DNA of 64,000 nucleotides. Source: Eledone cirrhosa. Its lineage: Eukaryota. The DNA is taken from positions 286,130,001 through 286,194,000 of the forward strand of contig OZ024741.1 in assembly GCA_964016885.1 (NCBI GenBank), in the 5' to 3' direction. Positions 1 to 16,077 of this stretch are shown piece after piece (position 1 is the first letter of the stretch; each line of letters begins with the position of its first letter). Under the pieces are notes generated by a model. The model was not told where the DNA came from. It made no database searches and saw nothing but the letters and a program-made list of their open reading frames with translations. The position numbers were made by a program, and so were the translations under genes.

Positions 1-60
1 TGGAGGAACATCGCAAAGTGTTCTCTCTGACGTTCTAATAACTCTACCAATCCACCGCCT
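1..60 (-). mobile_element. tRNA-derived SINE, 5' head (runs off window)
   Basis: Reverse complement AGGCGGTGGATTGGTAGAGTTATTAGAACGTCAGA matches the head of the SINE at 17511. Confidence 0.65.
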
Positions 61-339
61 ATACCACTACATGGATCCATTTAAACTATTACGTTTCTCA
101 GCTATAATAACTTTACTGATCTGCTCATAAACACCCCTTGATTTGATTGATCCCTCGCCATTAACGCTGAAGGAGCCGCTTGTTTTAGATGTTTATGATG
201 ATAACGATTATTATGTTGCAGAATATGAATATTTCAAAAGAAGAGGGAAAGCATATGCAATAAGGAAATCAAGTGATTTGAACCACATTCTTACATGCAA
301 ATCAAGATCTGTCTGCCAGAACTAATCAAAAGATTTAAA

Positions 340-640
340 TGCATGTGACTAATCTTTCTAACAGGAGGTTCTCTACGCCTGCAATCATTTCTGATAATCA
401 GGCTGCGAATTGGTACAGCAGAATGCTTGGCGGTATTCGTTTCATCTCTGCGCTGTGAGTTCAGAACCCGCTGAGGTCGATAAAATAGTAATGGTGTGGT
501 ACTGGGATCGATTCATCTTCTATATCTCTCTCTCTCTGGAAGAAATCGGTATTTAGGCCTGAAGTGGGGATCAGCACTGTCAGGTTTAATAATGTCCAGG
601 AAACGTCGTATTTCAACATGGCATCCGTACGTTGCCATCA
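340..640 (+). mobile_element. Decayed tRNA-derived SINE
   Basis: GAATGCTTGGCGGTATTCG...GAGTTCAGAACCCGCTGAGGTCGAT box-B-like head; tail similar to the 17511 copy. Confidence 0.6.
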
Positions 641-946
641 AGATTTACTTATCCATCTATACACACAACCACAACGCTAATATTATCCCTCAGAAGTTAG
701 ATTAACATTGTTGTAGGCGACAATAGAATGATAACACTTCAAAGAGACGCATTAAATGGTGAACAAGCAATTAACCTGTTACAAGTCCTTTAACAGTCAT
801 TAGAAATACATTTGCTATGATTATATTCTGCTACACTATCCTGAGTACTGCATTCTCCTACTAATTCCTTCCATCTCGACGCCTCTTCTCCCCCTCTCTT
901 CCCTATCTCTCTTTCTTCCTCCTTCATATTCTCTTACTTCTCTTTC

Positions 947-1000
<54 letters not shown>

Positions 1001-1515
1001 GCTATCTCCCCCTTTCTCTCTCTCTTCTCCCCTCTCTCTCTCTATATATATATATGTGTGTGTGTGTATATATATATATACACACACACACACATATATA
1101 TATACCGAGATCTATCATTCTTTCTTCTGTTCTCCACTTGGTTTAGCCATTGACCAATTTGTAAGAACATTGTGCATATAGGCAAAACAACATTTTCTTA
1201 AAAGTTATATCCTCCCCCAATTGAACACTTCCTCCTCCCCTAGTACTACTACTACTACTACATTTTCGTTAATTACGACAATCTACACAACTTTACCTCA
1301 AGTCTTTCTGTCACTACAATAGCAATGAAAAACTATTACAACCACCTTTAACTCTGTCATATATTTTCTTTTCATTGGCAAGTGGAACTGGAATGGAGTT
1401 TTCTTACAATGTCGATGTTGTTCCTCCTCTGTTAATATTTACATGCTCTCATTTATTAAGAATATACGTAGTTGGTTTGGCTACTGTTTCATATTATAGG
1501 TCCAGTTTAGGACAG

Positions 1516-1730
1516 TGTATTGGTAGAGTCGTTAGTGCTATAAAGAAATGATAAGCAATATTTGCTCTCGCTCTTTACCGTCCGCGTTCAAATCTCATCG
1601 AGATCAACTTTGCATTTAATCCTTCCGGGGTTGATAGAATAGAGTACCAATAAAGTACTGGGTTGGTATAATCTACTTTACTTTACCCACAAAAAAAATT
1701 GTTGCCTTTATGCCTAAAATAGAAACCATA
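1516..1730 (+). mobile_element. tRNA-derived SINE with Nin/I-domain-like core
   Basis: TTGGTAGAGTCGTTAG box A, GTTCAAATC box B, CAACTTTGCATTTAATCCTTCCGGGGTTGATAGAATAGAGTACC core. Confidence 0.7.
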
Positions 1731-2299
1731 ATAGATCGGCTTGACCAAAGTATTTAGTGTGTTATCTACGGAATTTATTATATAAATTTTAACGTTTAAA
1801 ATATCTAAAATGTGTTCATTGATAAAGACATCTATATATAGGTGTAAACATTAAAATTAAAGTAATAGTATATACCGGACGGAGATAGAATAGGTGGGGG
1901 AGGAAGATACAATAGAAAATGTATAATAGAAAAGAAGGAGAAATAGCGATTAAAAGACGAAAACGAAGAGATGTTGAGAAAGACATAGGGAAGATAAACG
2001 ATGGAGGAACAAGAAACAGAAGCCAGAGATGAAATATAAAGTAGATTTTAATTTACAATTTTTTGATAAGCAACATCTTTTCTGTTTCTATTGTATTTTG
2101 TAGACTATATTACTTTCAGTTGCAGCTCCCCCCCCCCCCGTCGTGTCTATAACTACGTCTCCCAGTACCTTTCTCGTTCTACTTCCTTTTTATATTACTG
2201 TGCTTTGTGTTTTTCTCTCTTTTCCTTTCCTTGGGTGTTTTCAACACTTTCATGTATTTCTCTCTGCCATGAAGACACGTAGCTTAGTTGAAAAGGTGT

Positions 2300-2550
2300 T
2301 AGGTCGTGATGTGCATTCTTGGCTGTGCATGTGTTCTTGATCAAATGACTCATGCTGCTTCAACCTGCTCAGCTGAAAATATTCAGTTGTATCTGTAATT
2401 CAAATGGCTAGCACTGAATCTCCCTGATAATTGCGTTAAGGGTATACGTCCTTGTGGAATCCTCTGCTACTTACACCTTAATTCCACGAGCAGGTTCTTC
2501 CCTTGATCGAATAGCAATAATATTCGTCGTTGAAAACGATGGAGGCCCAA
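2300..2550 (-). mobile_element. Decayed SINE-like interspersed repeat (second family)
   Basis: Similar in inverse orientation to 30475-30600 (GATC...CCTG..CGTGGAATT.A.GTGTAAGT). Confidence 0.45.
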
Positions 2551-3106
2551 TGTTTCTCTCTCCCTCGTAAGCTTTAATACATTTACAGATGTTTGCAAAT
2601 ATGCTCATTAGCATTGATCTTAGATAAACGAAATGAAATATTTAGAACTAAATTATTCCTGATATATTATAGTGGTTAGATAACCTATTTATATAATTAA
2701 GGGAATCATTTGATTTGAAGTAGAGACAGTATATGACATATGGTAGTTTAAATGTAATATCTAATTAATTACCTATAATAGATTTAGTGTCCAGAGTTAT
2801 GCATGAATCAAATTCCTTGAAACAATTTTGGAGGACTTTCCTTATTAAATCGATATAAGGCGAACTGAAATTTGTGACATGAAGCAATCCATCATCATAG
2901 GTTTTATATTGTGATAACAAAATGTTCATATTAAATATTTGAGCAGCTAAATACCATTGCACACAACTGTTAAATCTTCGGTAGCACAATTATATCTATG
3001 GTATACCCTAAAGATTTAGTAAGTGTTTGTTGAAATATTTTCTTTGCCTCCCCTTGCTTTAAAAAAGCCGTTTTTGCGAGTAATACTCATTATTTATATG
3101 CTTCCT

Positions 3107-3871
<765 letters not shown>

Positions 3872-4458
3872 AAAATTTAGAGGGAAAAACCGCAGGTGTA
3901 TATTTAGAGATTAAAAAGTAGACAAATTCTGGACAATTTTAAACTTTATTTTATCATGAGTTAAGGCTCTATTGATTTTTCCCTGGATTTCACTAAATTC
4001 TGTGGATGAATCTATATCCTGATTCTCTTTGAGATGAGTTTGAATTATTTTTCCCACATCTTACGTTAACTATTTTTCCCATTTTGACGCTATAGTCACT
4101 TATATATTATGGAATACTGTTGGCTCTTTGCTACAATGTTTTCTATACCTTTCATTTATATATTTATACTCGGATTTCTTTCCTAGAGTGCTTAAATTAT
4201 TTGTGACTAATCCCGGTATTTTTTTATAAAAAACCGCGATAATATTGCATTTGCTGAACTCCTTATTGTAGAGTTTTTTTCGGAATGTTTCTTTACTGTT
4301 GTTTCTTGTAAATAAACATTCGTCTCATTCTGACGTCAGCAGCCCTGTCTTTCCTCATGTGCGTTTTATTTTTCATAATCACGCATGATTGTGAACTAGC
4401 CTGTTTTAAATTCCCTTTTTGGCATATTAATCTGTGAGAATTTTGGTTATCGAGTTGA

Positions 4459-4538
4459 GCTCTGCTGAGGATCGAATTCCAACCGTGACCATCTCCACTG
4501 AAAGTTTTCGTGAAATAGTCTTTAATACTATACAGAGC
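4459..4538 (+). ncRNA. Type I hammerhead ribozyme
   Basis: GCTCTG-CTGAGGA-TCGAA...TTCGT-GAAA-TAGTC TTTAA TACTA-TA-CAGAGC; one stem III mismatch. Confidence 0.8.
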
Positions 4539-5094
4539 ATTTGAAGTTTTTCCAAATTGAAGGATGAGTATTTTAAACTTTATTTTATCATGAGTTAAGG
4601 CTCTATTGATTTTTCCCTAGATTTCACTAAATTCTGTGGATGAATCTATATCCTGATTCTCTTTGAGATGAGTTTGAATTATTTTTCCCACATCTTACGT
4701 TAACTATTTTTCCCATTTTGACGCTATAGTCACTTATATATTATGGAATACTGTTGGCTTTTTGCTACAATGTTTTCTATACCTTTCATTTATATATGTA
4801 TACTCGGATTTCTTTCCTAGAGTGCTTAAATTATTTGTGACTAATCCCGGTATTTTTTTATAAAAAACCGCGATAATATTGCTTTTTGCTGAACTCCTTA
4901 TTGTAGAGTTTGTTTCGGAATGTTTTTTTTACTGTTGTTTCTTGTAAACAAACATTCGTCTCATTCTGACGTCAGCAGCCTTGTCTTTCCTCATGTGCGT
5001 TTTATTTTTCATAATCACGCATGATGGTGAACTAGCCTGTTTTAAATTCCCTTTTTGGCATATTAATCTGTGAGAATTTTGGTTATCGAGTTGA

Positions 5095-5174
5095 GCTCTG
5101 CTGAGGATCGAATTCCAACCGTGACCATCTCCACTGATAGTTTTCGTGAAATAGTCTTTAAGACTATACAGAGC
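5095..5174 (+). ncRNA. Type I hammerhead ribozyme
   Basis: Stem I GCTCTG/CAGAGC, CTGAGGA, stem II CGAA/TTCG, GAAA, stem III ATAGTC/GACTAT, AUA site. Confidence 0.85.
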
Positions 5175-5420
5175 ATTTGAAGTTTTTCCAAATTGAAGGA
5201 TGAGTATTTTAAACTTTATTTAACATGAGTTAAGGCTCTATTGATTTTTCCCTGGATTTCACTAAATTCTATCCTGATTCTCTTTGAGATGAGTTTGAAT
5301 TATTTTTCCCACATCTTACGTTAACTATTTTTCCCATTTTAACGCTATAGTCACTTATATATTATGGAATACTGTTGGCTTTTTGCTACAATGTTTTCTA
5401 TACCTTTCATTTATATATAT

Positions 5421-5616
5421 ATTAGAAATTATAAGCTTTCACCGTATTTTAGACTAAAGAAATTTCTAGCCTGATAGTGGGGTTTATAACCCTCGGAGAA
5501 ATGGAAAAAGATGAGCGTTGCCGTACGGCAACACTCATCTTTTTCCATTTCTTCGAGGGTTATCAGGCTAGAAATTTCTTTAGTCTAAAATACGGTGAAA
5601 GCTTATAATTTCTAAT
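5421..5616. repeat. ~100-bp-arm fold-back palindrome
   Basis: Arms invert around CCGTACGG (apex 5524/5525); right arm has a ~12-bp deletion. Confidence 0.9.
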
Positions 5617-5663
5617 TTCTAATTTCAAACTCGCGCACCGTTTCAAAAACATACTTACATATT

Positions 5664-5871
<208 letters not shown>

Positions 5872-6229
5872 TATATATAAAGAGAGAGAGGGAGAGATAG
5901 AGGAGGAGGCGAGAGAAAATTATATATACATTACAGGTAGAACATCTCCAATCAAAGTCTTTAATATAGATGTATACAGAAAATAAAAGATATAAACTTC
6001 AATAACTGATCAGAGTAAAAGAAGAACAACGAAGTAATAGTTATTAGTTAGGTTGTAAGTATGAATATATCAACTAAATTAAGCAAAGTATTTGGTAATG
6101 CTGATTATAGACTTCTATTTGTACTAATGGAATACTGATGTAGTAGCTAAACGTGGCAAATGTTTAAGACAAGGCTTGGAAACCTGGCACTATATTGGTG
6201 AAAGAGAAGAAACTCTGCTGTGAAGTTAA

Positions 6230-6308
<79 letters not shown>

Positions 6309-6348
6309 TCTCTCTCTCTCTCCATCTCTCTCTCTCTTTCTATCTCAT

Positions 6349-6410
<62 letters not shown>

Positions 6411-6474
6411 TATATGCATATGCATATATATGCATATATATATATATTGATAGATATATGTATTTATATATATA

Positions 6475-6553
6475 CAGGGTGTCCCCAAAAAATGTATACA
6501 TACTTTGATTAGAATGCTGTTGAAGTTTGTATACAATTTTGGAGGACACCCTG
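6475..6553. mobile_element. Tc1/mariner-type MITE (79 bp)
   Basis: TIRs CAGGGTGTCC.CAAAA..TGTATACA / TGTATACAATTTTGGAGGACACCCTG flanked by TA. Confidence 0.8.
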
Positions 6554-6704
6554 TATATATAATCGCTGAGGTGTGAATATTATCTTTGATCTTTCTGCTG
6601 TCGATTAAGTGATTTTCTATTCAACTGAGTAATTTAATTGACTAAATCCTATACAAGCGAACGCGCACACACACTCACACACACACACTGAGAGATACAC
6701 ACAT

Positions 6705-6737
<33 letters not shown>

Positions 6738-6757
6738 AATATATATATATATGTATG

Positions 6758-6871
<114 letters not shown>

Positions 6872-6966
6872 CAAAAACATATAGTTTTAGAATTAGCTCC
6901 GTGTGTTTATATATCATTGCTCCGGCGAGAAAGGAGCTGGGTTAAAATATGTGTAAGGGATTAATA

Positions 6967-7013
6967 ATGATTTTTAAAATAATTTTTCCGTCTGTATATT
7001 TGGGTATGTGTGA

Positions 7014-7073
<60 letters not shown>

Positions 7074-7113
7074 ATAGCCAAATATACAGACGGAAAAATT
7101 ATTTTAAAAATCA
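6967..7113. repeat. Inverted repeat (~40-bp arms) around a (TA)n spacer
   Basis: TGATTTTTAAAATAATTTTTCCGTCTGTATATTTGG and its reverse complement. Confidence 0.8.
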
Positions 7114-7124
7114 TTATTAATAAT

Positions 7125-7317
7125 GCGGTGAATTGGCAGTATCGGTAGAGGGTCGGACGCCATGCTTTGACGCTTAGAGTTACGGCCCTTGCCATTCTGA
7201 GTTCAAATCCTGCCGAGGTTAACTTTGCCTTTCATCCTTACGGGGGGTCGATAAAATAAAGTACTAGTAATGTATTGGGTAATTGCTGGCCTTGTGCCAA
7301 AAAAGAAGAAACAACTA

Positions 7318-7318
<1 letters not shown>
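7125..7318 (+). mobile_element. tRNA-derived SINE, subfamily A
   Basis: TGGCAGTATCGG box A, GAGTTCAAATCC box B, GCCTTTCATCCTTACGGGG.TCGATAAAATAAAGTAC core, GGCCTTGTGCCAAAA tail. Confidence 0.85.
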
Positions 7319-7376
<58 letters not shown>

Positions 7377-7382
7377 TGTATA

Positions 7383-7479
7383 TAACAAAGAAGGTTAGAT
7401 AAGAAACCAGGTAAACCATAACGCACCATAGTACTCGATAGTTAGTGTAGTAGAGTGGGTAATAGGAAAAGAGTATTTT

Positions 7480-7483
<4 letters not shown>
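7383..7483 (-). mobile_element. Short diverged copy of fold-back family B
   Basis: ACCATAACGCACCA.AGTACTC...GTAGTAGAGTGGGTAATAGGAA shared with 18296; mini hairpin ATAGGAAAA/TTTTCCTAT. Confidence 0.75.
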
Positions 7484-7570
<87 letters not shown>

Positions 7571-7749
7571 AGTATATTTACCAACATATGCGTACAGATG
7601 TACACTAATGCTAGCAAATACATAAGTTATGTCATAGTACCTAGGTGGTTCTATGCAGGGGGATGCAGAACAATTATAGGAAAGACGTAAAATAAGAAAA
7701 TTTTAAAAATTAACTTACTTACTAAATATATATATATGAGAGAGAGAGG

Positions 7750-7876
7750 GAAGAAGAAGAAGAAGAAGAAGAAGAAGAAGAAGAAGAAGAAGAAGAAGAA
7801 GAAGAAGAAGAAGAAGAAGAAGAAGAAGAAGAAGAAGAAGAAGAAGAAGAAGAAGAAGAAGAAGAAGAAGAAGAAG
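7750..7876 (+). repeat. (GAA)n microsatellite
   Basis: Direct reading. Confidence 0.95.
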
Positions 7877-9050
7877 GAGGAGGATAGATGGGAGGAGGGC
7901 GGAAGGAGGAAGAGAAGAATAAGAGTTGTGGGTGTAGTAATAGGAATTATGAGTACGATACTGTGATAGGATATCTGAAAATATAAACATACATATTAGC
8001 CTTCCCGTGAAAAGAAGACGCAAAAGAAAACCACAGGATTCCTAGGCGAACCTCGACTCCCACCCACCCTACGAGAAGATCGATCTGCTTAGTTTCAGCG
8101 TTTATTACTGATTCGTCAGAAATCGATTATTTATTTCCTGATCACAGACTAAATATTACCTGTAAGCTATTTGTAGTATTAACTGATATTTCTTTAGCAG
8201 AATACAAGCAGAAGGGTTAAAATAAGTCTACTACATACATACACATTGTAAGTTTAATTACGTTTTTAATCATTTTCACACCTTCAATTATTTAATTCCT
8301 TCGCGTTATCAACGCCCACACTTTCATGCAAATTAGCCAAACAATCCAGTTCTGCTAGATTTTGCGCATGCTATGAATATTTATAAGCTAGTATATTTTC
8401 AGTGGTCAGAAAATGAGTTAGCGATCTCTCATGTAGCAGTAATAAACACTGAAATTATTTGAACTATTTTTTTCAATCCCCGGTGACTGGAAAAGAAAAC
8501 AGTTGTTTATCTATAGGGTTTACGTTTTATAGAGATATTTTACGACAAACGCTATCATGTACGAGGCAGAACACATCACCGGTTTAAAGCAAGATATACT
8601 AAACATCTCCAATTCTTTTAGACATTGGGAAAAGCAAAATTCAAAGAACATCTCCGTTTATTTCTCTAAATTATAATAAATGATCTTCATATTACCGCCT
8701 CAACTGCAGGATATTGGAAAAATACAGCCTTCGTATAAACGGTAAAAATCGTGTGGCTCTTTTTTAAAAATCTCACTAGACCCGAGCACTTGATTACACA
8801 TAAAATGTGCAACTTTCGGAGCTTGCCCGCATACGAATGAATATTTTCTGCGTGTCTGGTCACTGTCACATGGATAGGAGAGCCGCGGCCGGATACCCTT
8901 CCTCGAACCTTGATCAAGCTGCCCAGTCCACCCCTTATCATTAATATTACTTTTTCCTCCTTCTCTATTTCTGTCTTTACCATTATTTCAAACTTCAATC
9001 AACAGCACGCATACACACATAAACCGATCCCATTGCACACCCATACACAC

Positions 9051-10199
<1,149 letters not shown>

Positions 10200-10500
10200 T
10201 GAAACAAAATGAAAACGAAATTTCATTTCTCACTCTTAGTATGGCACTTACTTAAATGTAAGTATGCATGTATACGTACATACATATATGTATACAGACG
10301 TACAGTAGCATGCACATATATATATATATACATATATACATACATATGCATACAGGTACACATACATATATGCACGTATCAGTTTAGCGGCGCTTATTAT
10401 AACGTCACTTTGTTCGTTTGTAAACAAACTGAACAGCCTGAATTTATGCCATACGGTGTTAAGGCAACCACGTCACCTTTTTGTTCAACACTGACACAGG

Positions 10501-10545
10501 AACGATGTACTAGTTTCAAGCTTGTTAGCTATCATCAGCACCGTT
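10501..10545 (-). ncRNA. Minimal type I hammerhead ribozyme
   Basis: AACGGTG-CTGATGA-TAGCT AACA AGCTT-GAAAC TA GTA-CATCGTT; palindromic ACTAGT stem III. Confidence 0.85.
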
Positions 10546-10970
10546 TACCCATCTGCCAGATAGTTGAACGTTCGAAAGTATATACTTTCCTTATGAAAAT
10601 TAACGGCTGAGCAGCCTAATTTGCATATTGAGTGAGTTAAATCGGTCAGGCATACCGAAAACGATAAATTGAAACAAAATGTTTTTTTTTTGTGTTTCTT
10701 ATTTTCTTTTTATCTCTTTAAGTTTCTCTCCTCAGTTGTTTTGTTGTCCTGTCTGATCACTGAGTATGTACCAGTAGCATGCACATCAATATATATATAC
10801 ATATCTACATCCATATGCAACCAGGTCACACATACATATATGCACGTATCAGTTTAGCGGCGCTTATTATAACGTCACTTTGTTCGTTTGTAAACAAACT
10901 GAACAGCCTGAATTTATGCCATACGGTGTTAAGGCAACCACGTCACCTTTTTGTTCAACACTGACACAGG

Positions 10971-11015
10971 AACGATGTACTAGTTTCAAGCTTGTTAGCT
11001 ATCATCAGCACCGTT
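10971..11015 (-). ncRNA. Minimal type I hammerhead ribozyme
   Basis: Identical to 10501-10545. Confidence 0.85.
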
Positions 11016-11085
11016 TACCCATCTGCCAGATAGTTGAACGTACTGTACGTCTGTATACATATATGTATGTACGTATACATGCATA

Positions 11086-11126
<41 letters not shown>

Positions 11127-11794
11127 ATATAGACAGAAGTACACATAGAGATAAGTGTTCAAACATAGGGAATTAAAAATCACCAGAGTGTAAACGTATT
11201 AACTACGAAAGGAAAGTTGAATACAAATCAATTAAAAGAATAAATTAAAGTGAACTAACCATCCAATAATAACTATAACTCCCGGATATGCTCAAATTAG
11301 AGTGTTTCGCTATAAAAAGTGAAGAATACATACTGTAGATGGTTCATCAGCGGATGTCTAGCAGTACGATCAGCACTTCTAAAAATATATCAGATGACTA
11401 AGAAAACACGCATGGTATAGAGAGAAGACATGTGCGTTTTATAGCCCATGGTGGTGTGATTAGAGCAGAAGACCGCTAAAAACAGCAGCTCAGAACCATT
11501 CAACTTAAGAAGCTCTACTTACATATAGAAATGAAATAGGAGCCAATATATCAAATTAATAAAAGGAGCTAAAGACTCATATTAATCCCCTATAATTTAA
11601 TTGTTTCTACGTTTGGCACAAGGCCAGCAATTACCTAGTACATTAGATTCCAGGTTCTTTATAAACCAGCATATAGAGAGACGTACACATAAAGATATGT
11701 TTTCAATCATAGGGGATCAAAAATAGGTTCATAACTCTAGTGGTTTTCCATCTTCTATGATTGAATGCATATCTCTATGTATATATATATATAT

Positions 11795-12305
11795 GGAGGA
11801 AGTTATAGTTCACTTGAAGCATTGTGTAATGAGGTATAAACGTTTGTATATGTATAATAAAGCCAAAACAATGCAGGTATGGACATAGAATAAAGAATGC
11901 AAATACAAAAGATATTGTTGACAATTAGTCTTTTACCTTAGATTTATTTAAATGTCCTTAATTTTTTAGATAATATCTCTTCTTCGGAGGGAAGTAAAGC
12001 GGTTAAACCAGTGTTCTAAATAGCTTGCCAAGTCATGCTGATAGGAAATGGTATAGAGTATCTGTTCTATCTCTAATGTCAAAGAGTTAAGGTTAGGTGG
12101 GTAAAGAGTAGTCTAAAAGGGTTTTGTTTTGTACAATCCTGTTTAAATGTGTGGGAGAATGCGTGAATATGTAAGTATTGTGTGTGTGTATATGAGTGTG
12201 AGAAGATATGTCTATACGTAAATGTGGGGGGTAGATGTTCTCTCGTGTTAGAACTGGTCTTTGTGTGTGTATGGTTGTGTGGGAGAGAGAATAAGTGGAG
12301 GTGTA

Positions 12306-12362
<57 letters not shown>

Positions 12363-12800
12363 GCGTGTGCGTGTGCGTGTATGTGGGAGGGGGTGTAAAT
12401 ACGGGGTAGATGCTCTATCAAGTTATAAATTGAGTGTTGAGTTCTAATCTATTATTGATTGGTGGTTGTGTTTTGTCTATAATTAGTGCTTCCTTAATTC
12501 TAAGATTGCCGAGGTTTCTTTCCTTAGTTTCTATCCTAACTGTTATGGTTTTGTCGTTTTTTTGCATTTAACTAGGTGTTTCTTAAATGAGGAAGCGTTA
12601 GTATTGAGGTGTTCTTTTATTCTTATGTGGAGTGGTCTGGAGGTGCTACCTGCGTAGAAGTTGCTGCATTTGTCGCACTCTAGTCTGTATACAACGTAAG
12701 CCTGGTGGCATAGGTCTGTGTCGTTGGTGGGGCAGTTAGCTAGCCTGCAGCGGTTGTCATTTCTGTCGGAGTGTCTTTTCGTTAGCTGTCCGCGTAGATA
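11795..12800 (-). mobile_element. Penelope-like element 3' fragment with GIY-YIG endonuclease
   Basis: CRLANC...LCHQAYVVYRLECDKCSNFYAGSTSRPLHIRIKEH, continuing after a frameshift as LRIKEALII...PPIN; long 3' UTR ending at (TA)n. Confidence 0.85.
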
Positions 12801-12807
12801 TATATAT

Positions 12808-13129
<322 letters not shown>

Positions 13130-14212
13130 TTACTATACTTTGGGAGAGTCATGCTGCCATTAAAAACAAACGGACCGGTTGGTTTTCACATTATTACTTT
13201 ATTACAAATGTCCGGTTTGTTGGTTCAATAACGGGATGGTTGTGTATTGATTGTCAAAGATCTTTCGTCACACATTGTGTGAACCCCTCACTGACTGATT
13301 TGTTGTTTTGTGTCTCTCTTCTCTTCTGTCCTACACCATTTTGTTTTTGTTTGTTGTGTGCTGTGTACTTGGTTTGCAAATGCGTTATATCCGGGTGTGT
13401 GTGTGTGTTTTTATTTAATTATTTATATGTTTATTCATTTGTCACTAGTTGGTTGCTTGTTCTATCTGTGCGTGTCTGGTTTGTTTTATTAGTTTGATTC
13501 TTATGTATCTCTGTATGTCTTTATCTCATCCTTAATTAATAGTTGTGATATTGTTGCGATTCCACTCCTGTTTTCTACTTAATTTTGGTTGGTGTTCGTT
13601 TATGTTTGTCACTTCTGTAATCTGTCGGAGCATTCCGTCTTTTTGGCTTAATTCTGGTTGAAGTTCGCTTATGTTTGTCGCTTTTGTAATGTGTCGGGGC
13701 ATTGGGTCTTTTGTGTGTGTGAATATAATTATATCCACACATAGAAAAGACGATTCCAACTAAAATGAAGCAGAAAACACGAGTGGAATAGCAACAACAT
13801 CACAACTAGTAATTAATTACAAGACACAAATATGAAGTGGTATCGATTTGATTCAATAACTCCTTGAATGCAGTCCATTAATATGGCCGCAGTTCAACGA
13901 CAGAAAACAGCAGACAAATATAGTCATAGAATTTAGTGATGTATAAACGGTTAATTTTGGAGAGTGTAAATTTCGAATTGAGGAAACAACTTTGTTCGAC
14001 AATACTAGCTCTGAAGTTTCCAATACTCATCCAATCAAGTACCGCATTTAGTCTACGTTAAAACCCAGTGTGCGCGCGCCCACGTTCTTTTAAGAATCTG
14101 TGAGAGTTTTTTCGTGTGAGATAGTGGGTTAGGTATAATTGTGAAACGTTCGGCACTGGTTTTGATGAATAAAAACATTCATGAAATAGTCCGTCATATT
14201 ATTCTTTATATG

Positions 14213-14556
<344 letters not shown>

Positions 14557-14557
14557 A

Positions 14558-14820
14558 TATCCCGGGTTTAATCGGGGGTAGCCTCAGTAAATAAGGTACT
14601 CAATACATAGCAGAGTATTAAATTTTTAATATAAAAATGGCTTTCATTCGAAGGAAATCATCAGGAAAGCCGACTGTCAATGTGATATGGTGCTATTTAT
14701 ACATTTTCTGGTGTATAAAATGAATAAATACCCCATATCCAATTGACAGTCGGCTTTCCCGATGACTTCCTTCGGATGAATCAGTTCTAGTCATGTAGAA
14801 GCCATTTCTATATTTTAAAA
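14558..14820. mobile_element. Fold-back family A copy with decayed HHRs
   Basis: TTGACAGTCGGCTTTCC(T/C)GATGA in both orientations; tail matches 27064-27146. Confidence 0.8.
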
Positions 14821-14879
14821 AAAAAATATATATATATATGTGTGTGTGTGTGCATGTATGTGTATGTATGTGTATGTGT

Positions 14880-14952
<73 letters not shown>

Positions 14953-16077
14953 GACAAAGAGAACGTGAATTAGATGAAACAATGATTTCTTAAATTAACA
15001 GAAGGCCCAAATGTGTATTTCAATATGTATTTAGTTGATTCAATCAATAGCAATATATTAATAGCGCTCATTCCCTCGACCCTGGATAAATCTGAGTCGA
15101 AGTCACGCCCTGGTGAGATTTGTAATTTAAACAAAATGTAATGGCGAGGGGGCAACTTTGAAAATAGAGAAAAAGAAACAATTGGGAAAGTGAGTCTTAA
15201 ATGAACGAGAGACGGAAAATCAGAGAATTGGGAAAAGAGTAAAAAAAAAAAAAATTAGTAAATGACATGTAAAGAGAGCGCAAACATAGCGATATGAGGA
15301 TTTAAAAAGCAACACAGAGAAAGAAAGAAAGATTTGGAAGGGTGGAGAGAGACGAATGGACAGCAAAATAGAAGAAAAAAATACAGACTTTACATTTTGA
15401 AACCATACTTTATTAAGCTGCATCACAATAAGAAAAATAATTAAATTAGTTGATCTTATGCAACAGATTAGAATTGTTCCTTTGAGATTAGTTTTTCATT
15501 TTCTTTTTTCTGTTTGTGCTTTTTTATTACAATCATATTCAAATGTGCACAGAGACAAAAGGACAAACGGTCCGCAGTTTATAGATTTTAGATATAAATA
15601 TTTATACTTCTTAATTAATTTCCTTAAGATTAGATTGAATTTACCCGATGTACTTGTAGAGACAGAGATCATTATTATTATTTATGATTATTATTGTTAT
15701 AATGGTTGTCATTGTTTGTTTGTATTTGCTGTTGTTTTGTCCATTTCTTCATTGCAAATGTTAAAAGTTAACCTAAATCTTTCATAGAAAAGGAGTTGGC
15801 GGAAGAGATAGAGATGATATGGAGGGTGGGGATAAATTTGGAATACAAACCACTATTAGGCGCATTTTCTATGTATTTTATTTTCACTTATTCTCTGAGT
15901 GTATGATGTTTTATAAGCTGCTATATCAAAATTGAAAGCGCTGATTCACGATATATATTGTAGTATTCATATGAATTTCTACACTAGAGAAATGAAATGA
16001 CCTAGCTAAACATCAAAATCATGTATTTAACTTTTGTACAGTTTAAAAAATAATACATAAAACAACGTTTTGGTATA

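Larger units (their letters stand above)
3937..5420 (+). mobile_element. Retrozyme-like partial tandem, 2.3 copies of a ~635-bp unit
   Basis: Unit restarts at 3937, 4571 and 5207 (TTTTAAACTTTATT); one HHR per full unit; bounded by TA tracts; a short piece recurs at ~45755-45810. Confidence 0.85.
10200..11090 (-). mobile_element. Retrozyme-like family E, partial tandem with two HHRs 470 nt apart
   Basis: 10360-10571 repeated at 10830-11041; short inverted segment 11041-11090; homologous to 20150-20805. Confidence 0.85.

Noticed and set aside
143-325. 60-aa ORF after a possible splice acceptor
   Set aside because: In-frame stop at 128-130, no recognisable motif, no supportable exon structure
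7125-7215. tRNA gene
   Set aside because: Box A/B present but no cloverleaf; continues into SINE core in many copies
13545-13705. Two ~70-bp direct repeats within a 75-aa ORF
   Set aside because: Decayed minisatellite; no protein motif recognised
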